From assembly GCA_000165425.1 (NCBI GenBank), contig CT868507.1, positions 248,001-312,000 of the forward strand: 64,000 nucleotides of DNA. Direction: 5' to 3'. Below are positions 30,571 through 44,446 of the stretch, piece after piece. A program made the position numbers and the translations under genes. Source of the stretch: Paramecium tetraurelia (taxonomy: Eukaryota). The notes beneath the pieces were generated by a model that had not been told where the DNA came from, did no database searches, and saw only the letters and a list, made by a program, of their open reading frames with translations. Position 1 is the first letter of the stretch. Each line of letters begins with the position of its first letter.

Positions 30571-32065
30571 ATGTCCGATTACTAGATCAAATATTAAGAA
30601 ATCAAAGGAAGCCTGGCACTTGTGTTGTAACAAAATAATTAGCTAAAATAATAACTCAAGGAAGCCTCTGAAGAAGTTTAAGAAAAATAATACCTCAAAG
30701 AAGAATGGGCATAAGAAGTCTAGAGAGTTTAAGAAACTATTTACTAATTGTCTTATGACAATCAAAGTACAAATGAAATTTACACTAGATTTACAATAAG
30801 AAAATGAGTAGTTAACTAGAGATTGTTAAGAATTTTCATATCTGATTGAATAATAAATTGAATAAATAACAAATCTTAAAGATCAAAATGAAAAACTTCA
30901 AGCCCAATTAGATTAGAGTAGACAATAAAATTTGTAAAAGGAAGTCACCATTAAATAATTGAGAGATGAGTTTAATAAAAAATTAGAATAGTAGTAATCG
31001 ATGCATTTTGAAGAAATTAAAAAGTTATAAGGCATTATAGACAATTAAAGCGAATTAATATAATCATATGAAAAATTAAATGAAATTGAGAAGTTAGACA
31101 CTTAAAATTCATTCTATTAACAAAAAATGGTGGTTGAGGATTAAATGATTGAATTGAAAAATAGAAACTTAATTTTAACAAATACAGTTACAGAAGAAAA
31201 GTAGAAATATGATTAGTTATATGAATAACACAAAGAGGAAGTTCTGAAATTATAAGTTGTAATTAAAGATTAGAAAGAACTACTATCACAATATGAGAAA
31301 ATAATGGAAAGAGAGAAAAAGGAAGTTCCATCTTAGTCGTATCCTTAAAACACATCATATATTCAATCTTAATTAATACCATATTAAATTTAACAATAAT
31401 AATAGCAATAATAATAATAACAATAATAGTAATTTTAGCATCAATAATAATAATAATAATAACAATAACTATAATAATAATATCAATAATAATAATAATA
31501 ATACTACTAATAATAATAATAATATTAATAATAGTAATAATAATAGTAACAATAATATTAATAATAGTAATAGTAACAATAATATAAATAATAATAATAA
31601 TAGTAACAATAACTTTTATAATAATAATAATAATAAATGTATTCTTCCCCATTACAGTATGAAAAATATATTTAACCATCATTATCTGTCCAAACCTAAC
31701 CTTTACATACATAACCTTCATATTCCTAACCTATGTACACTAAACCTCTGAATACAAATATAATTTATACTCAACCTGTTTCTCATAGATAACCAAAAAC
31801 ATTTTTTACTAATAATAAAATAAACCATTAATTACAATAATAATAAATAAAGGAGACCAAAAATCAAAAAGAATATCATCTTCCAAAAAATAGCTTTCAT
31901 TTAGATGATGGCGATGATTATTAATAAAAATCAGGTTTAGAATTTTAGGAATCATTTTTATATAAATTCTAAAATGTTATTGGAAGAATGGAAGATAAAC
32001 TCCAAAAAATGCAGAATGAACTTAATATTTCCGAAGTTTCTGACAAACCAAGAAGATTAAAATGA
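30571..32065 (+). CDS. coiled-coil protein with poly-Gln tract
   Basis: ATG 30571, a 22-nt intron near 30767-30788, heptad-rich N-terminal half, TAA/TAG/CAA-rich tract, TGA at 32063-32065. Confidence 0.75.
31385..31637 (+). repeat. imperfect (TAA)n microsatellite encoding poly-Gln
   Basis: Run of TAA/TAG/CAA codons in frame with the 30571-32065 gene, interrupted by occasional Tyr, Leu and His codons. Confidence 0.85.
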
Positions 32066-32096
32066 TTAAATTTATATATTGTTAATTTTTTGCCAA

Positions 32097-33673
32097 TCAC
32101 CAAGGAAATTACTCTTCTTATTATGCAAATGTTACTTGCTTTTTTTATGTCTCTAAATCTACATATAAACAAATACCTGCTTGATTTTTTAATATACCAG
32201 GTTACTTCTGAACTTCATCTACACTAAATTGAACAATTGGTTATTAAGGTTGGATCTTGATCTAATTAGTTTAAGGTAAAGGACTACTATTGCCATAATT
32301 CTAACATTAAAATATAAGTGAATACAAGGGTATTTTAAAATCCAAAATTTTATTAAGGAAGTGGTTAACTTAATGTTTACAATTATTAATTTTATGTCAT
32401 GGCTTAAAATTGAGGTGGTGATGATAAATATGATTATTATTCTTATTGCAATTATTGCTCTTATTACAATTAAGCAAACTAATCTTTATTTTATTGCATC
32501 TACATTCCTATCTATTACTGCAATTAATGGTTTTATTAAGTTAACCCCTATTTCTACATTCTTATTCTACTTAGTTCCTCATTAATGGCTCTATATTGCT
32601 CTTAAAGATTTGACAAGATAAGTTTCAAACTACAAATCGATCAATATATTACTTCTCATTCAAGACTTACATCTATTTTACATCTTCTTGTTTTTCAAGT
32701 AAAACACTTTAGAAAAGTGAATTTAATTAATTCTACATCTGATAAACTTGTTAAGTAGAATCATTGACTTATTGCCTCACTGAATTAATTCCATTTTGAT
32801 CATATCCAGGAATCATATTTACATTAGTTGGAACATTTAAAGGCTAAATAGTTGATTGTACCTATTGAACACTTTAAATCGGTTAAATTCCAATATTGGC
32901 ATTTGATCCTAATCTAGGTCTGGGTTGATTGAGTAGATTTGAATTGGAACCAAATCTTTATTGAGGAACCAAATTTGAATTTGAACCTAATCTACCTCCA
33001 TTAGGGTTACTGGAGAATCTTCTAGCAATCTATAATAAAGAATCTGGTAAGGTGATGGGTAAAGGATATTTAAATTTAGAACACAATTAAACAAGGTGCA
33101 AAGCCACTATGAATTCTCCTTTGTTTAGATGACCCTTTTCTCCAATATCACAAAGATTCCATAATTCTTTTAGTTGATCTAAACTCAAGCCAGATTTAGA
33201 AAACAAAGCTCTTGCTTGCATGCCCTGGATTATTTGAGTGCCCTCCTAATCTATGGTTAGAAAATAATTTTCATATTTTTGCAACTATTCACTTTGGATA
33301 TCGTATATAGGTGGTTGGAAGCCTTGAAGTAAAGGTAAGGGACAGGAAACGTTTTTAGATAGCAATTTCTCATCTGGCGGATAACCATTTTAGGCTAATG
33401 CTATCAATTTAAGTGCAGCAAAAAATTCATCTTTAGTGAATGTCTGTCCATTGGAGGATGTAATTTACCAAATAGCCTATAATATTAGTAAAGTAATTAC
33501 TCCTAAAATCTACTAATTCAAACCACTTGCCTTAAAGAAATTGATCACCATATCTTAACCTAGTATTCCTTGGCCCTTTAAGATTTATCATAACAAATAT
33601 TTACAGTCTAATCGCACATAGTAAAGAAATATTGGAAGGTGAGCAATTCATCTTAAGTATATTAAATTGACAT
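32097..33673 (-). CDS. EH-domain (Eps15/Ede1-like) endocytic protein
   Basis: Two EH domains: FFKASGLNQQILGAIWQIT..FTKDEFFAALKLIALAQNG and ARALFSKSGLSLDQLKELWNLCDIGEKGHLNKGEFIVALHLV..PLPITLPDSL. A coiled coil follows. Three micro-introns seen. Confidence 0.88.
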
Positions 33674-33989
33674 TTGTTATATAAAATAATAATACAATAA
33701 TGATTTCAATTTAGTTTATTTGATATAAATCGAATAAATTATCTAAACAACTACATAAACTATTAGTAATTTATAACTCAACCATTGATTCTACTAACAC
33801 TGGATTATCCAAATAATAAGTTGACTTATTTTTAATATTAACTCTATGCCTCTAAAGCAAATCTAAAACTATCTCCTTTCACTCTTAGAGTTTAAAGCCA
33901 TTGATATAAATATATATTTCTATATTAGATCAAAACAAGGAGAAGAATCTACCAATAGTTATATGTTGAAATATTATCTAAATATAATA

Positions 33990-35808
33990 TCAAATTTAAG
34001 TTCCCACAATTAATTTAGACATAAAATATTTCTTAAACTTTTCCTCTTCTTGCTTATTTACGTCGCCATTATGTCCGCAACTAATTGCTATCAAGTAATC
34101 AAAAGATTACTAATTTCTTCTTTATCTCAAATTTTTAATTTATTAAGTTTTTTAATAATTTTTTGTAATTTGATTAATGCATTTTACAATTATTTCTATA
34201 TGTTCTCGACTCTCATTAAATTATGAATAATGTTCCTTCTAAAGTCTTTAAATTTCTATTTTAATTTTTCTTATGGAGTTAGATGGATCTTTATTGAACA
34301 TAAAGAAACTACCAAAAAATAAGGCAATTTTTTCTGGTGTAGCATTTTTATCCATAACTTCCAAGAATTGATTATCACAATAGTCTATTTATGAAAGTAT
34401 TAGCTTTAATTTCTTATAAAATTGTTAATGGTTTTATAATTAATTATGGATTAACATATCTAGGGATTTACTCAATTTTAGTGTTTAAGTTTTAGGTAGT
34501 ATTTGCTCAAAAAAAAAATCCATAAATTCTATTTAATTAATTATAAGTAATTACATTTATATTCAAGATTGAAGTAGGAGTGTAATGGTGAGTACGTTTA
34601 ATTTGTAAAGAATTATCTAACCACACCTGTTTACAATTATGCTTTGTAAATTATAATTTCATCATTTTTATCTTGAATTAACAGTTTTGGCCCTCTGAAT
34701 TTATAAAAGGATTAATAATTTGGAAAATCCCAATTTACTACACAATTAAATAGAAATCTTGCAATTGAAAGATCAAAACTACGTCTTAATAATTTAATTT
34801 ACATTTTAGTTGTAACCACCTAGCCTAAAGAAGAGAAGGTTCTATCTGCAATCAAAAAGGGCAGATTAAGCCTATAAGCTATTTCTGATGCAACCATTCC
34901 TCCCATAGATTGTCCATGAACACCTAATGTTGTTATATTAAACTTTTTCTGGAAGTATTCAGCGATAAACATACCAGATTCAATTAATTTAGTTGGACTG
35001 ACAGTTCCAGTACTGGAACCATATTCAGAATAATTCCATAGAATTAAGTTAATTTTCAGGTCTTAATAAACTTTTATCCAAAGAGACTAAATATTATAAA
35101 TGGCTTTACATTATGATACAAAGTTTCATAATAAAATGCATTTGGATTGCAAAACAATACTGTAGGACTGGTTAATCTATTATTTTTTAGGTGAATGCAA
35201 TCAATTGAAATATTTTTAAATTTAATAATGTGTCTAGAAGTATTTGGATTTGTGATTAGTATTTCTTGTCTAAATTGCTCTAAGGTTCCAAACAACATAT
35301 CATATTTAAAGGGTTTCATAATATTGCTGATTTGAATAGTTTTATCCACATAGGAATCTAAAAATCTTTGGATAGTATTTAATTAATTCTTAATTAATTG
35401 CTAATTCTATTAAAATCGTAAAAGCTCTATCAAGTTGGTTAATAAATTTGAATAGATTGTTTATTATTAATTCAATTATCCTTTCATTTTTTAGAATATT
35501 AGGTGTTAGAGTGTAAAGTAATCTTTAGCTTATTATATCTGTTTTTATTCGCTAGTTTCATCTTATTATCTCAACACTTTAAGTATGTTAATTGTTTTAT
35601 AGACAGTGTTTTTATTATAGTCAAGTAATTAATAGTATTTGAAAAATAATGAGCATGATCCTGGGAATATCATGAATTTACAAATGAATCTGAGACAAAA
35701 GTAAACGAGGGTAATTAGGAGACTGACAATAAACCATATTGTGTCTAGGTTGTAACAGATGCCGATGAAAAGTAGGGGAATAATGGACAGTGAAAATTTG
35801 ATGTTCAT
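33990..35808 (-). CDS. membrane-anchored alpha/beta hydrolase (ABHD-like)
   Basis: N-terminal hydrophobic segments, then VLFCNPNAFYYE, WNYSEYGSSTG, nucleophile elbow GVHGQSMGG, ADRTFSSL and C-terminal SCGHNG. Confidence 0.85.
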
Positions 35809-35834
35809 TAATTATATTTTATGCGCTATAATAA

Positions 35835-36191
35835 TCATTATCTGTATATTAAGTACGGGTTAAACACTTCGGGTACAATGAAGAGACCTGCACCTAAGTA
35901 ACTGAATATGGTATTTCTTGTTACTTTGATAAATGATGGAGTGACTGCATAATTCAATATATTACTTCTTGCTGTCAATCCTGCTGTAGTCAAGGTAGTC
36001 AGACACAATAATACAAATCTTGTGTTCACACTTGCTTTATCTAGGAGGTATTGCTTCTTGAGTGCTTGGGTAGTAGGTTTGGATATTACTTGTAATGCAA
36101 TTGGGGAGTTGATCAAAGAATTCAGTGGTAGCTTGATAGGTTTAGCAAACTTATTATTGAGTGTCAGCCTTGAGAATAAATTGGAAAGCAT
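35835..36191 (-). CDS. small probable mitochondrial membrane protein (~118 aa)
   Basis: Basic, acid-free N-terminus MLSNLFSRLTLNNKFAKPIK and two hydrophobic segments. Ends TAA TGA. An upstream ATG at 36226 via a 20-nt intron is possible. Confidence 0.6.
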
Positions 36192-36256
36192 ACTAAGGAA
36201 TTCTATTGGGACTCTTAATTTTCCATGTGTGTATATATGTATCTAATAAAATAATT

Positions 36257-39200
36257 ATGTAGAAACCGGAATTGCAGAGAATTTTTAAGGACCTTGCTGC
36301 AAGAGTACCAAATGAATAAAAGGAGAAAGCAGCCATGGAATTGCAGAGTGTCTACTACAAATACATTCAATAGAGTGATGAATTGTTCAACAAGATTCAA
36401 AAACTCATAAATAGTTCTGAGATTCATGAGAAGTTTGGTAATGGTGTTGAATTATAAATTAATAGGAGGAATTTTGGCATTGGATTAATTGACAACCACT
36501 GTGTAAGAGGCTCAAGTGTTAACCTTTGTAAATAAGTTTATTCCAAATGTGTCAGGTTAATTTATCTACAATGATGAAAAATTCTTAAGGAAGAGTGCAG
36601 AAGTCTTTGGAAAATTGCTCAGATTAGGTGGAACAAAGATAGCTCAAGTAGTAGATTCACATTTTGTGGAGGCACAAAAATAATTGAGAAGCGAAAAATA
36701 TAAGCTAGCTGGGGTGCTTAGTTTAAAGGAAATTTTAAATGAGGCTGCTTCAATCACCTTCAATAAGTTATTTCAAACTATGCAAACAGATCGCAACTTT
36801 ACATTAATTCACGGGGCCATCAGATCAAAATAATAAGCATTACGAGAGGCAGCCCTCGATTTATTTAGTGAAATTGTAAAATAAATTGCATAAAGAGAAT
36901 GTATCAAATTCTTAAAAGTTTATAGAATCTTACCAAGATTACCTAGTCAAAATATATACAGATGAAATTGAATCAAGAAAAAAATCAAAGGAGGAAGAAT
37001 ACATTCATGGCAATATTATGATGATTAAAATTCTACTCACATATGCCAAATAAGATGTAATTTCTATCAATATTATGAAAAGGTCTTTTCACAAAATCAA
37101 ATTTATGATCAAGGAGAATACGTGCTATCTAAAAAAGATCATAGATCAGCTATTATCAATAAGGCAGTGATAGAAACATTGCCAATCCTAGCCAAACATG
37201 CTAAACATAATGCAGTCTAGGAGTTTATGGAATAAAGCATTTCATTTCTATTATCCTAGACTACACAACCTAGACCTGTGAAAGATAAAAGTCTGCCTTA
37301 CATGACTTTGGCTATGCTCATCTCATTTTTGAATGAGAACATGTTGCAAGATCTCATTAAAAAAGTGATCTTGCATATTAGGTAAGAATTACTACAAAAG
37401 AACTTTTGTGTTGAAATGATTCACTGTTTATAAGTGATATTCTAGAATTACACAAGGAAGTTCTCAGATTTCACATCAGTTGATGTCCTCGTAGATGTAT
37501 CAATATTTCATATTCATTTAAGTAAATACTCTTAAATGGTTTACATCCTCAGTCAGTCTAATTTCTGAATTAATTATGCAGATAACAATAAGGACAATCT
37601 AATTATATTCAATAGAAGCTCTTATAAACAATTGCAGCTATTCTTCTCAGAAAGATTATCAATTTCGTAAATCCTAAGCAATAGAACTTTGAGAGCAGTG
37701 TCTTGAACGACTTTTAAGGGTATTTACAAAAAGCCATCACTACTACAGAATTCAGATCTCCTGAAGCTATTGCTAATGCTATTCAAACACTCAGCACTTT
37801 TTCATTTGATTTATAGGACAGTCTAGCAATCTTTGTTAAGGATGCCGTTCTACCCAATCTTGCTAATTCTAATCCAATTATAAGGAAGGCTACTGCAAAA
37901 GCAGGATGTCTGTTGTATATAAAGAAAGGGAGATCAACAGGGTAGTAGATGATCTCTAAGAATGTTATGTATGAAATCCTAGATAAATTTATGAATGTTG
38001 CCATTTCAGATACTGAATAAGATATTAGATAAACAATGCTTGCATCTTTAAATGAGAATTTTGACCCATATTTAAATTCACCTAACAATTTGAGGAAATT
38101 GTTTTTATGCATGAATGATCCAATTCCAGAAGTTCAAGAAATTGCTTTAACTATTCTGTGTCGTTTATCCATCTTGAATCCCTCAGAAATAACCCCTTTT
38201 CTGAAGAAAACTCTATTTGAATATCTATAAACTTTGACTTTTGATAGCAATCAACCTGAAAAACAGACCATTAACAAATTATACTTGCTAACATCGCTAA
38301 TCAAACATGGCCGTACTATTGTCCAACCCTACACTAGCAATATAGCTAAGGTTATTCAACAACATCTAAAGAATCCCAACACTAGTGCTATTGTAACTTC
38401 ATATTTGTTACAGGCCTTTGCTTAATTAACAGAAACAGCAAATTAAGAAATCTTGGTAAATTTAAAGGAAGTTTTTGATATCATTATAACAGCAATGTAA
38501 GATAAGAGTTCTACTCTTAAAAGAGAAGCTGCTGTCAAATCTCTAAATTTAATTATAAAAAATACAGGATTTGTTGTACTCCCTTATTATCGTTTTCCTA
38601 ATTTAATGGATGTCATATTCTAGTTAATTAGAACTGAAACTATCCCAGAAATGAGACAGGAATGTTTGAAATTACTAGGCAATCTAGGAGCCGTAGATTC
38701 ATTTATTTACAAAAGTGTTTAGGGAGTGCCAACTAAACAAAAATTCAAGTTTCTAAAAAACTATCAAAATGCTCTCAATTCTGTTTCATCAAGTGAATTA
38801 ATGAATGAAGTCAGAGGATATAGTGAGGATTTGATACTTATAGGTAATTTTAGCACTAAAATGTTTTTACATCTTGGAAAATTGAAAATGCAAGCTGATT
38901 AAGATAACATTACTTTATCAAAATAGTGGTGCATTAATAACGAAATCAGCAACTTTGGATGCCCAATCTCATTATCATTAAGCTATAAATTCATAAGATA
39001 TTGAAGAACTATTTTAATAAGTCCCTGTTATATAACTTAATGATATTGATTACTATTCAAAGGTTACTTTAAAGACACTTTTATAAATTCTTTTGGATCC
39101 ATCTTTATCGAATAATCATGAATTAGCACTTGAAACAATTATGTGGATCATAGGTACACTTAAAGCAAAGACAGCAAGTTATTTGAACTATCTAATACCA

Positions 39201-42200
39201 GTTTTCGCTCGTTTGTTGTAAAGGAATGAAGAAATGAAAGAGAAAGTATTGACATCTTTGTAAAAAGTAATCCATTTATGTGGAATATAATTCAATCCTC
39301 AATATATTGATTAAGTGATTGCTTGTGTGATGCTATTTTGTTAGGGATAAGAGTCTTCAAAGTTGGTTTTGATAGGTTTAGAGATTATGGAGACGTTAAT
39401 TAAAAGTAGTTAAGTAGCACTTGAGACATAAAGTGGAACCATTGGTTAGACTAATCAATTAGGAAATCAGTCAATTTGAAGAGGAGAAAGATCTGGTTCG
39501 TAAAGGAATAAAGATATACATATTGTTAGAGAATTTACTAGACTCTTAGTTGCATATGTTCATTCCATTTATGTGTAAGTTGTTGAGTAAGGAAGTATCG
39601 AGTGTTTTATTGGAGGTTAGAAAGGATATAATAAATTTATTTGTGTCCTTATCAAGGAAATGCCCAACCACAGTTCAATATTTATCATTGATTGTGAACT
39701 CATTGTTAAATCTAGTGGAATTGAGTGCAAAAACACAACAGCAATTAGAAATGCATCAGACAGTATTAAACTGCATAGTCAACCTAATCCTATAACATAA
39801 GAATCTTATGCTTGTGTATTTACCAATGATCCATTTGCAAGTGCAGAAATATAAGATTCACCATCAATAATATTAAAAACTAGTTGAAATCTTTTTGATG
39901 TATGGTAATTTGGAAGATTTGAATAATCTATTGGATGAGGATTGTAAAGCTATAGAGCAATTATTTCCATCTTAGATTACTTCTTATTATTCAATTGAAC
40001 CAAACGCACCTATGTACAAGAAGATCGAACCTGAAGAATTGGTGGCTAAATTTGATACGGAACAAAGAAAGTTGAAGGAAGAATGGTAGGAGTGGATGCG
40101 TAATACAAGTGTGGAATTATTGAAGTTATCTCCATTTCTGGTATTAAGTCCCTGCTCTTCTATTGCTGAGATGTATTAAACATTAGCATATGAATTATTC
40201 AATATTGCGTTCGATTCAGCTTGGTATTTCTTGAATGATAAGCACAAAGAATTGATGGTGTAATATTTGGTCAGAGTTATTAAGGCAGAAAACATTCCAC
40301 TCTAAATTTCATAAACTATTCTAAATTTAGCTGAATTCATGTAACATGACAAAGAAGGTTTACAGATTGATATTAGTTCATTAGGTGAATTAGCTGAAAA
40401 ATGTATGGCTTATGCAAAGGCTCTTTATTATAGAGAACATGAATTCGAAACTGCCAACTTAAAAGCCATATAGTCTTTAATATCTCTATATACAAATTTG
40501 GGATTGCAGGAATCTGCCAATGGTTTATTGACCTATGCTAAATAATCGCTAAAGATTTAGGTGTAAAATACAGATTATGAGAGATTAAAGAAATGGGATG
40601 AAGCCTTGTAAGAATATAGACAATAACAATTGAAGTACGAAAATGATCAAAGAATGGATTTAGCTATTAAATTGGTGGTTCCTAAGATGAGATGTTTGAA
40701 TGCATTGATGTAATGGTAAACTCTGATTAGTCAAGCAGAGGAGATTTTTAAAAGCAATGAAGATGCTAAAAAAAAGGAAATTGCTCACTTAGCTGCAAAT
40801 GCTGCTATGCATTTAGGATAAATGGGAGAAAATTGGCTACTTATAATGAACAAGTGAATGCTGAGGAGTTGGACAAACCATTTTGGAAAGCTGCTGTTTG
40901 TATATCAAAAGAACAATTGGATGAAGCAAAAGTATAAGTAAGGAAGAGTAGAGAGAGATTGGATGGTTTAGTCACAGGATTATTATAGGAATCATATGAT
41001 AGAGCTTAGGATGGAGTATTGAAATTGCAATAGTTGGTTGAAATGGAGGAAATTATAGAAATCAAACAATTTGAAAATAAAGTATAGAAGGCAGCCCAAG
41101 AGAATGTAGGTGAATACTCATATATTAAATTATTGGATGAATTAGAAATTCGTAAGAAGAAGTTAAAAGATATATGGCATGATAGATTAAGTGGAGCCCC
41201 AAAGGATATTGATGTCTGGTATCGTTTGCTCTCCACTAGACAATTATATTTACCAAAAGTACATGATCTTGACATTTGGATTAAATTTGCTAAGTTATGT
41301 TTGAAGAGATAAAAAATGGTATTATGCAAATCTACCATTGAAATACTCAAAGAATAATTTTAAAATTAAGGATAGGCTCCTCTACCTGTCACTCTTCACA
41401 TTTTCAATATGCAATTTGAATATGTTCATGCCAAACATGAAATCTAAATTCTAGATTAGGTTAGAGAGTACTTCACCAATTAGGAATAAATCAGTTCTAT
41501 TGATTCTAAATTAAAAGCTAAGACCTTTTTTACTCTCGGAAAATGGGCTTATGAAAGAGCAGAATCAACAAGTGATTTAGAATAGATTACTAAATAATTT
41601 GATGAATCTTTGCAGTATAATTCAACTTATGCTAAGGCCTGGCATTATTATGGCTTATGCAATTTCGAAGTTATTGAATAACAAGAAAACAGATAATCTA
41701 TGAATGCACATGTATTTGCAGCAGTCAAAGGATTCTTGAAATCTATATCTTTAGGAAGTAGGGATATCAAGAAAGGTAGATATATTCTATAAGATACTTT
41801 ACGTCTGTTATCCTTGATATTTAAATATGGAATGGAAGCTGCTATATCTGACGAATTTAGATAGAACTATAAATAAATAGATGTTATAGCTTGGATTGAT
41901 GTCATTCCATAAATACTAGCCAGAATCCAAATTCAAAATCCAATAATTCAATAGCTATTACAAGATTTATTAATTCACATCAGTCGTATTCATCCATAGG
42001 CTCTTATCTATCCATTGACTGTTGCTTGTAAATCCAAGAATCAAATTAAAAGACTTTAAGTACTCAAGATATTGGATGATATGAAAAAGCATTCTCCAAT
42101 TCTTGTTAATGAAGCCTTAATCATTAGTGAAGAACTCAATCGTACTGCCATATTATTGAAAGAAGCATGGAGAGAAGGAATCCAAGAAGCTTGGACATCA

Positions 42201-43874
42201 TTTTCATAAGATAAGAATAAAACACATGTCGAAAGAATTTTAAGAGGATTACATGATAATATGAGAGTTAAACTTGAAAGTTTGAGTGAGATCTCATTTC
42301 ATCAAACCTATGGATAGGAGATATTTGAGGCTGAAGCTTGGTTATAGAGGTATTTGAGAACTGAAGATTAAGTATGTTTGTGCGTTGCTTTTGATATCTA
42401 TACTAGAATCTATCATAAAGTTCAGAAGAGTTTAGAAAAAATGAAAAAAGTTCATCTTGAGAATGTATCTCCAAAATTGTTGGCTACTTAAAATTGTGAA
42501 ATTAGTATTCCTGGATTGTATAAACCAAATAAATAACTAATCACAATCAATGGATTTGCTCCTAGATTAGATGTCTTGTCAAGTAAGTAGCATCCAAGAT
42601 AAGTTAAGATGTTTGGAAATGATTCAAAGGAGTACCATTTCTTATTAAAAGGACATGAGGATTTAAGGTAAGATGAAAGAGTGATGTAATTATTTTCATT
42701 AGTAAATCGTTTACTTACAAATGATACTGAAACAGAGAGGAAAGATCTTACAATTACAAGATACTCTGTAATACCTTTATCTCATAATACTGGATTATTA
42801 GGATGGGTGTAGAATTGTGATACTTTGCAACAATTGGTCAGAGAATATAGGGATAAATATGCAATCAGACCCAATGCAGAAAGCACTTTAATGGAATAGT
42901 TTTGTTCCTAGTATCAAAATCTACCGTTGCCTAACAAAGTTGAGATTTACAGACACATTCTAGAAAATACAAGAGGAGAGGATTTGTAAAAGGTTCTGTG
43001 GATAAAATCACCCAATTCTGAAGTTTGGCTTGAAAGAAGAATCAATTACACAAGATCTTTGGCTACAATGTCAATGGTAGGTTACATTTTGGGATTAGGT
43101 GACAGACATCCATCGAATTTTATGTTGTAAAGATTAACTGGTAAAATTGTACATATAGATTTTGGAGATTGTTTTGGTAATGATACATAATTATACATTA
43201 ATAGAAGTGGCAATGAAGAGAGAGAAATATCCAGAGAGAGTTCCATTTAGACTTACTAGGATGTTGGTAAAAGCAATGGAGGCTTGTGGAATAGAGGGAG
43301 TTTATAGACATACTTGCAATGTGGTAATGAGAGTACTAAGGGAAAATAAAGAGTATGATTAATTTTATGATTAGATCTTTATTGGCTGTGTTGGATTCGT
43401 TTGTGTATGATCCTTTACTTACTTGGAGACTTTTGAATGCATAGGATCATAAACCTAAAAAAGAGGCTAGGAATGTAGATTTACACAAGTAAATTCCACA
43501 ATAAATGATCAATTAACTTAATGATAAGGAAATTAACTAGGGGAAGAGTTTGATTCAGGTCATTCCAGAAGCTAAAAGGAGGGGCAGCATAATTGATGAC
43601 GGAAAGCAGTAGTAAACTCTGAAGAGAAAGGAGAGTGGAAGGGAGAAGGAAATCTATTTTGAATTTGCTGATGAAGAGAGGGAAATCCCAGATGATTTAT
43701 AAAATTAGAAAGGTTTAGAGGTTATTGAGAGAATCAAGAAAAAATTACAAGGAAGAGATTTCAAAGAGCATGAAGTGTTGTCGACAGAAAGTCAAGTCAA
43801 TCAACTTATACTATAAGCAACTAATCATGAAAAACATTGCGTAAGCTTACTTGGGGTGGTGTCCATTTTGGTGA
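36257..43874 (+). CDS. TOR: Target of rapamycin kinase (HEAT-FAT-FRB-PIKK-FATC), with about 5 single-base insertions as written
   Basis: Motifs [93 protein letters not shown] and terminal AYLGWCPFW*. Several micro-introns. Confidence 0.97.
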
Positions 43875-43998
43875 TTATTATGATAATCCATTCCAATATT
43901 AGCAATTATATATATTGTTTTATTTTTTAATTTTATTAAAACCATTTCAATTTAAATATTAAATGTTGCAGAAATCGATAAAATATGAGGTGTGTAAA

Positions 43999-44420
43999 TC
44001 ACAAATACTATGACAATTATTCCTTCTTTATTGGCTTTACTAAGAGGTCATCCATGCCTGCATTTAAGCATGCTGTCTTTGTCTTTGGATCTCCATCTGA
44101 TAAATAATTAATTAATATCTATTCTTACCCCCACTCAATCCTAATATCTTGCATTTAGGCAACCCTTTCGCTTTCTCATGAGCTCTTATTTGTTTGGTCG
44201 ACTAATAAAATGTTCACTCCCTTACATCATATCCATCCATAACTGGCATATGAATATCCATTAAAACATGAGCGAAATTAGGTGATTTTTAATAAGTTTC
44301 CAGTGCTTCCTTTCCATTAGATACTACTACACATTCTACTTTAAGAGCTCCGTAAAGCATTTTTATCAGATTCTGAGCAAAGGGTTCGTCATCTGCCACC
44401 AAAACCTTCTTTCCGTCCAT
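43999..44420 (-). CDS. stand-alone response-regulator receiver (CheY-like REC) protein, 121 aa
   Basis: Motifs KVLVADDEP, VSNGKEAL, VLMDIHMPVMDGYD, ILGLSG and ACLNAGMDDLLVKPIKK. Introns at 44202-44225 and 44097-44128. Confidence 0.93.
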
Positions 44421-44446
44421 AATAATAAAATATATATATTTATTAA

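Noticed and set aside
31263..31721. 152-aa poly-Ile 'membrane protein' ORF
   Set aside because: It is the reverse complement of the (TAA)n poly-Gln tract.
40815..40835. Euplotes-style programmed +1 frameshifting in TOR
   Set aside because: That mechanism depends on TAA/TAG being stops after AAA. Here they encode Gln, and the indels also occur at T and C runs, which favours assembly error.
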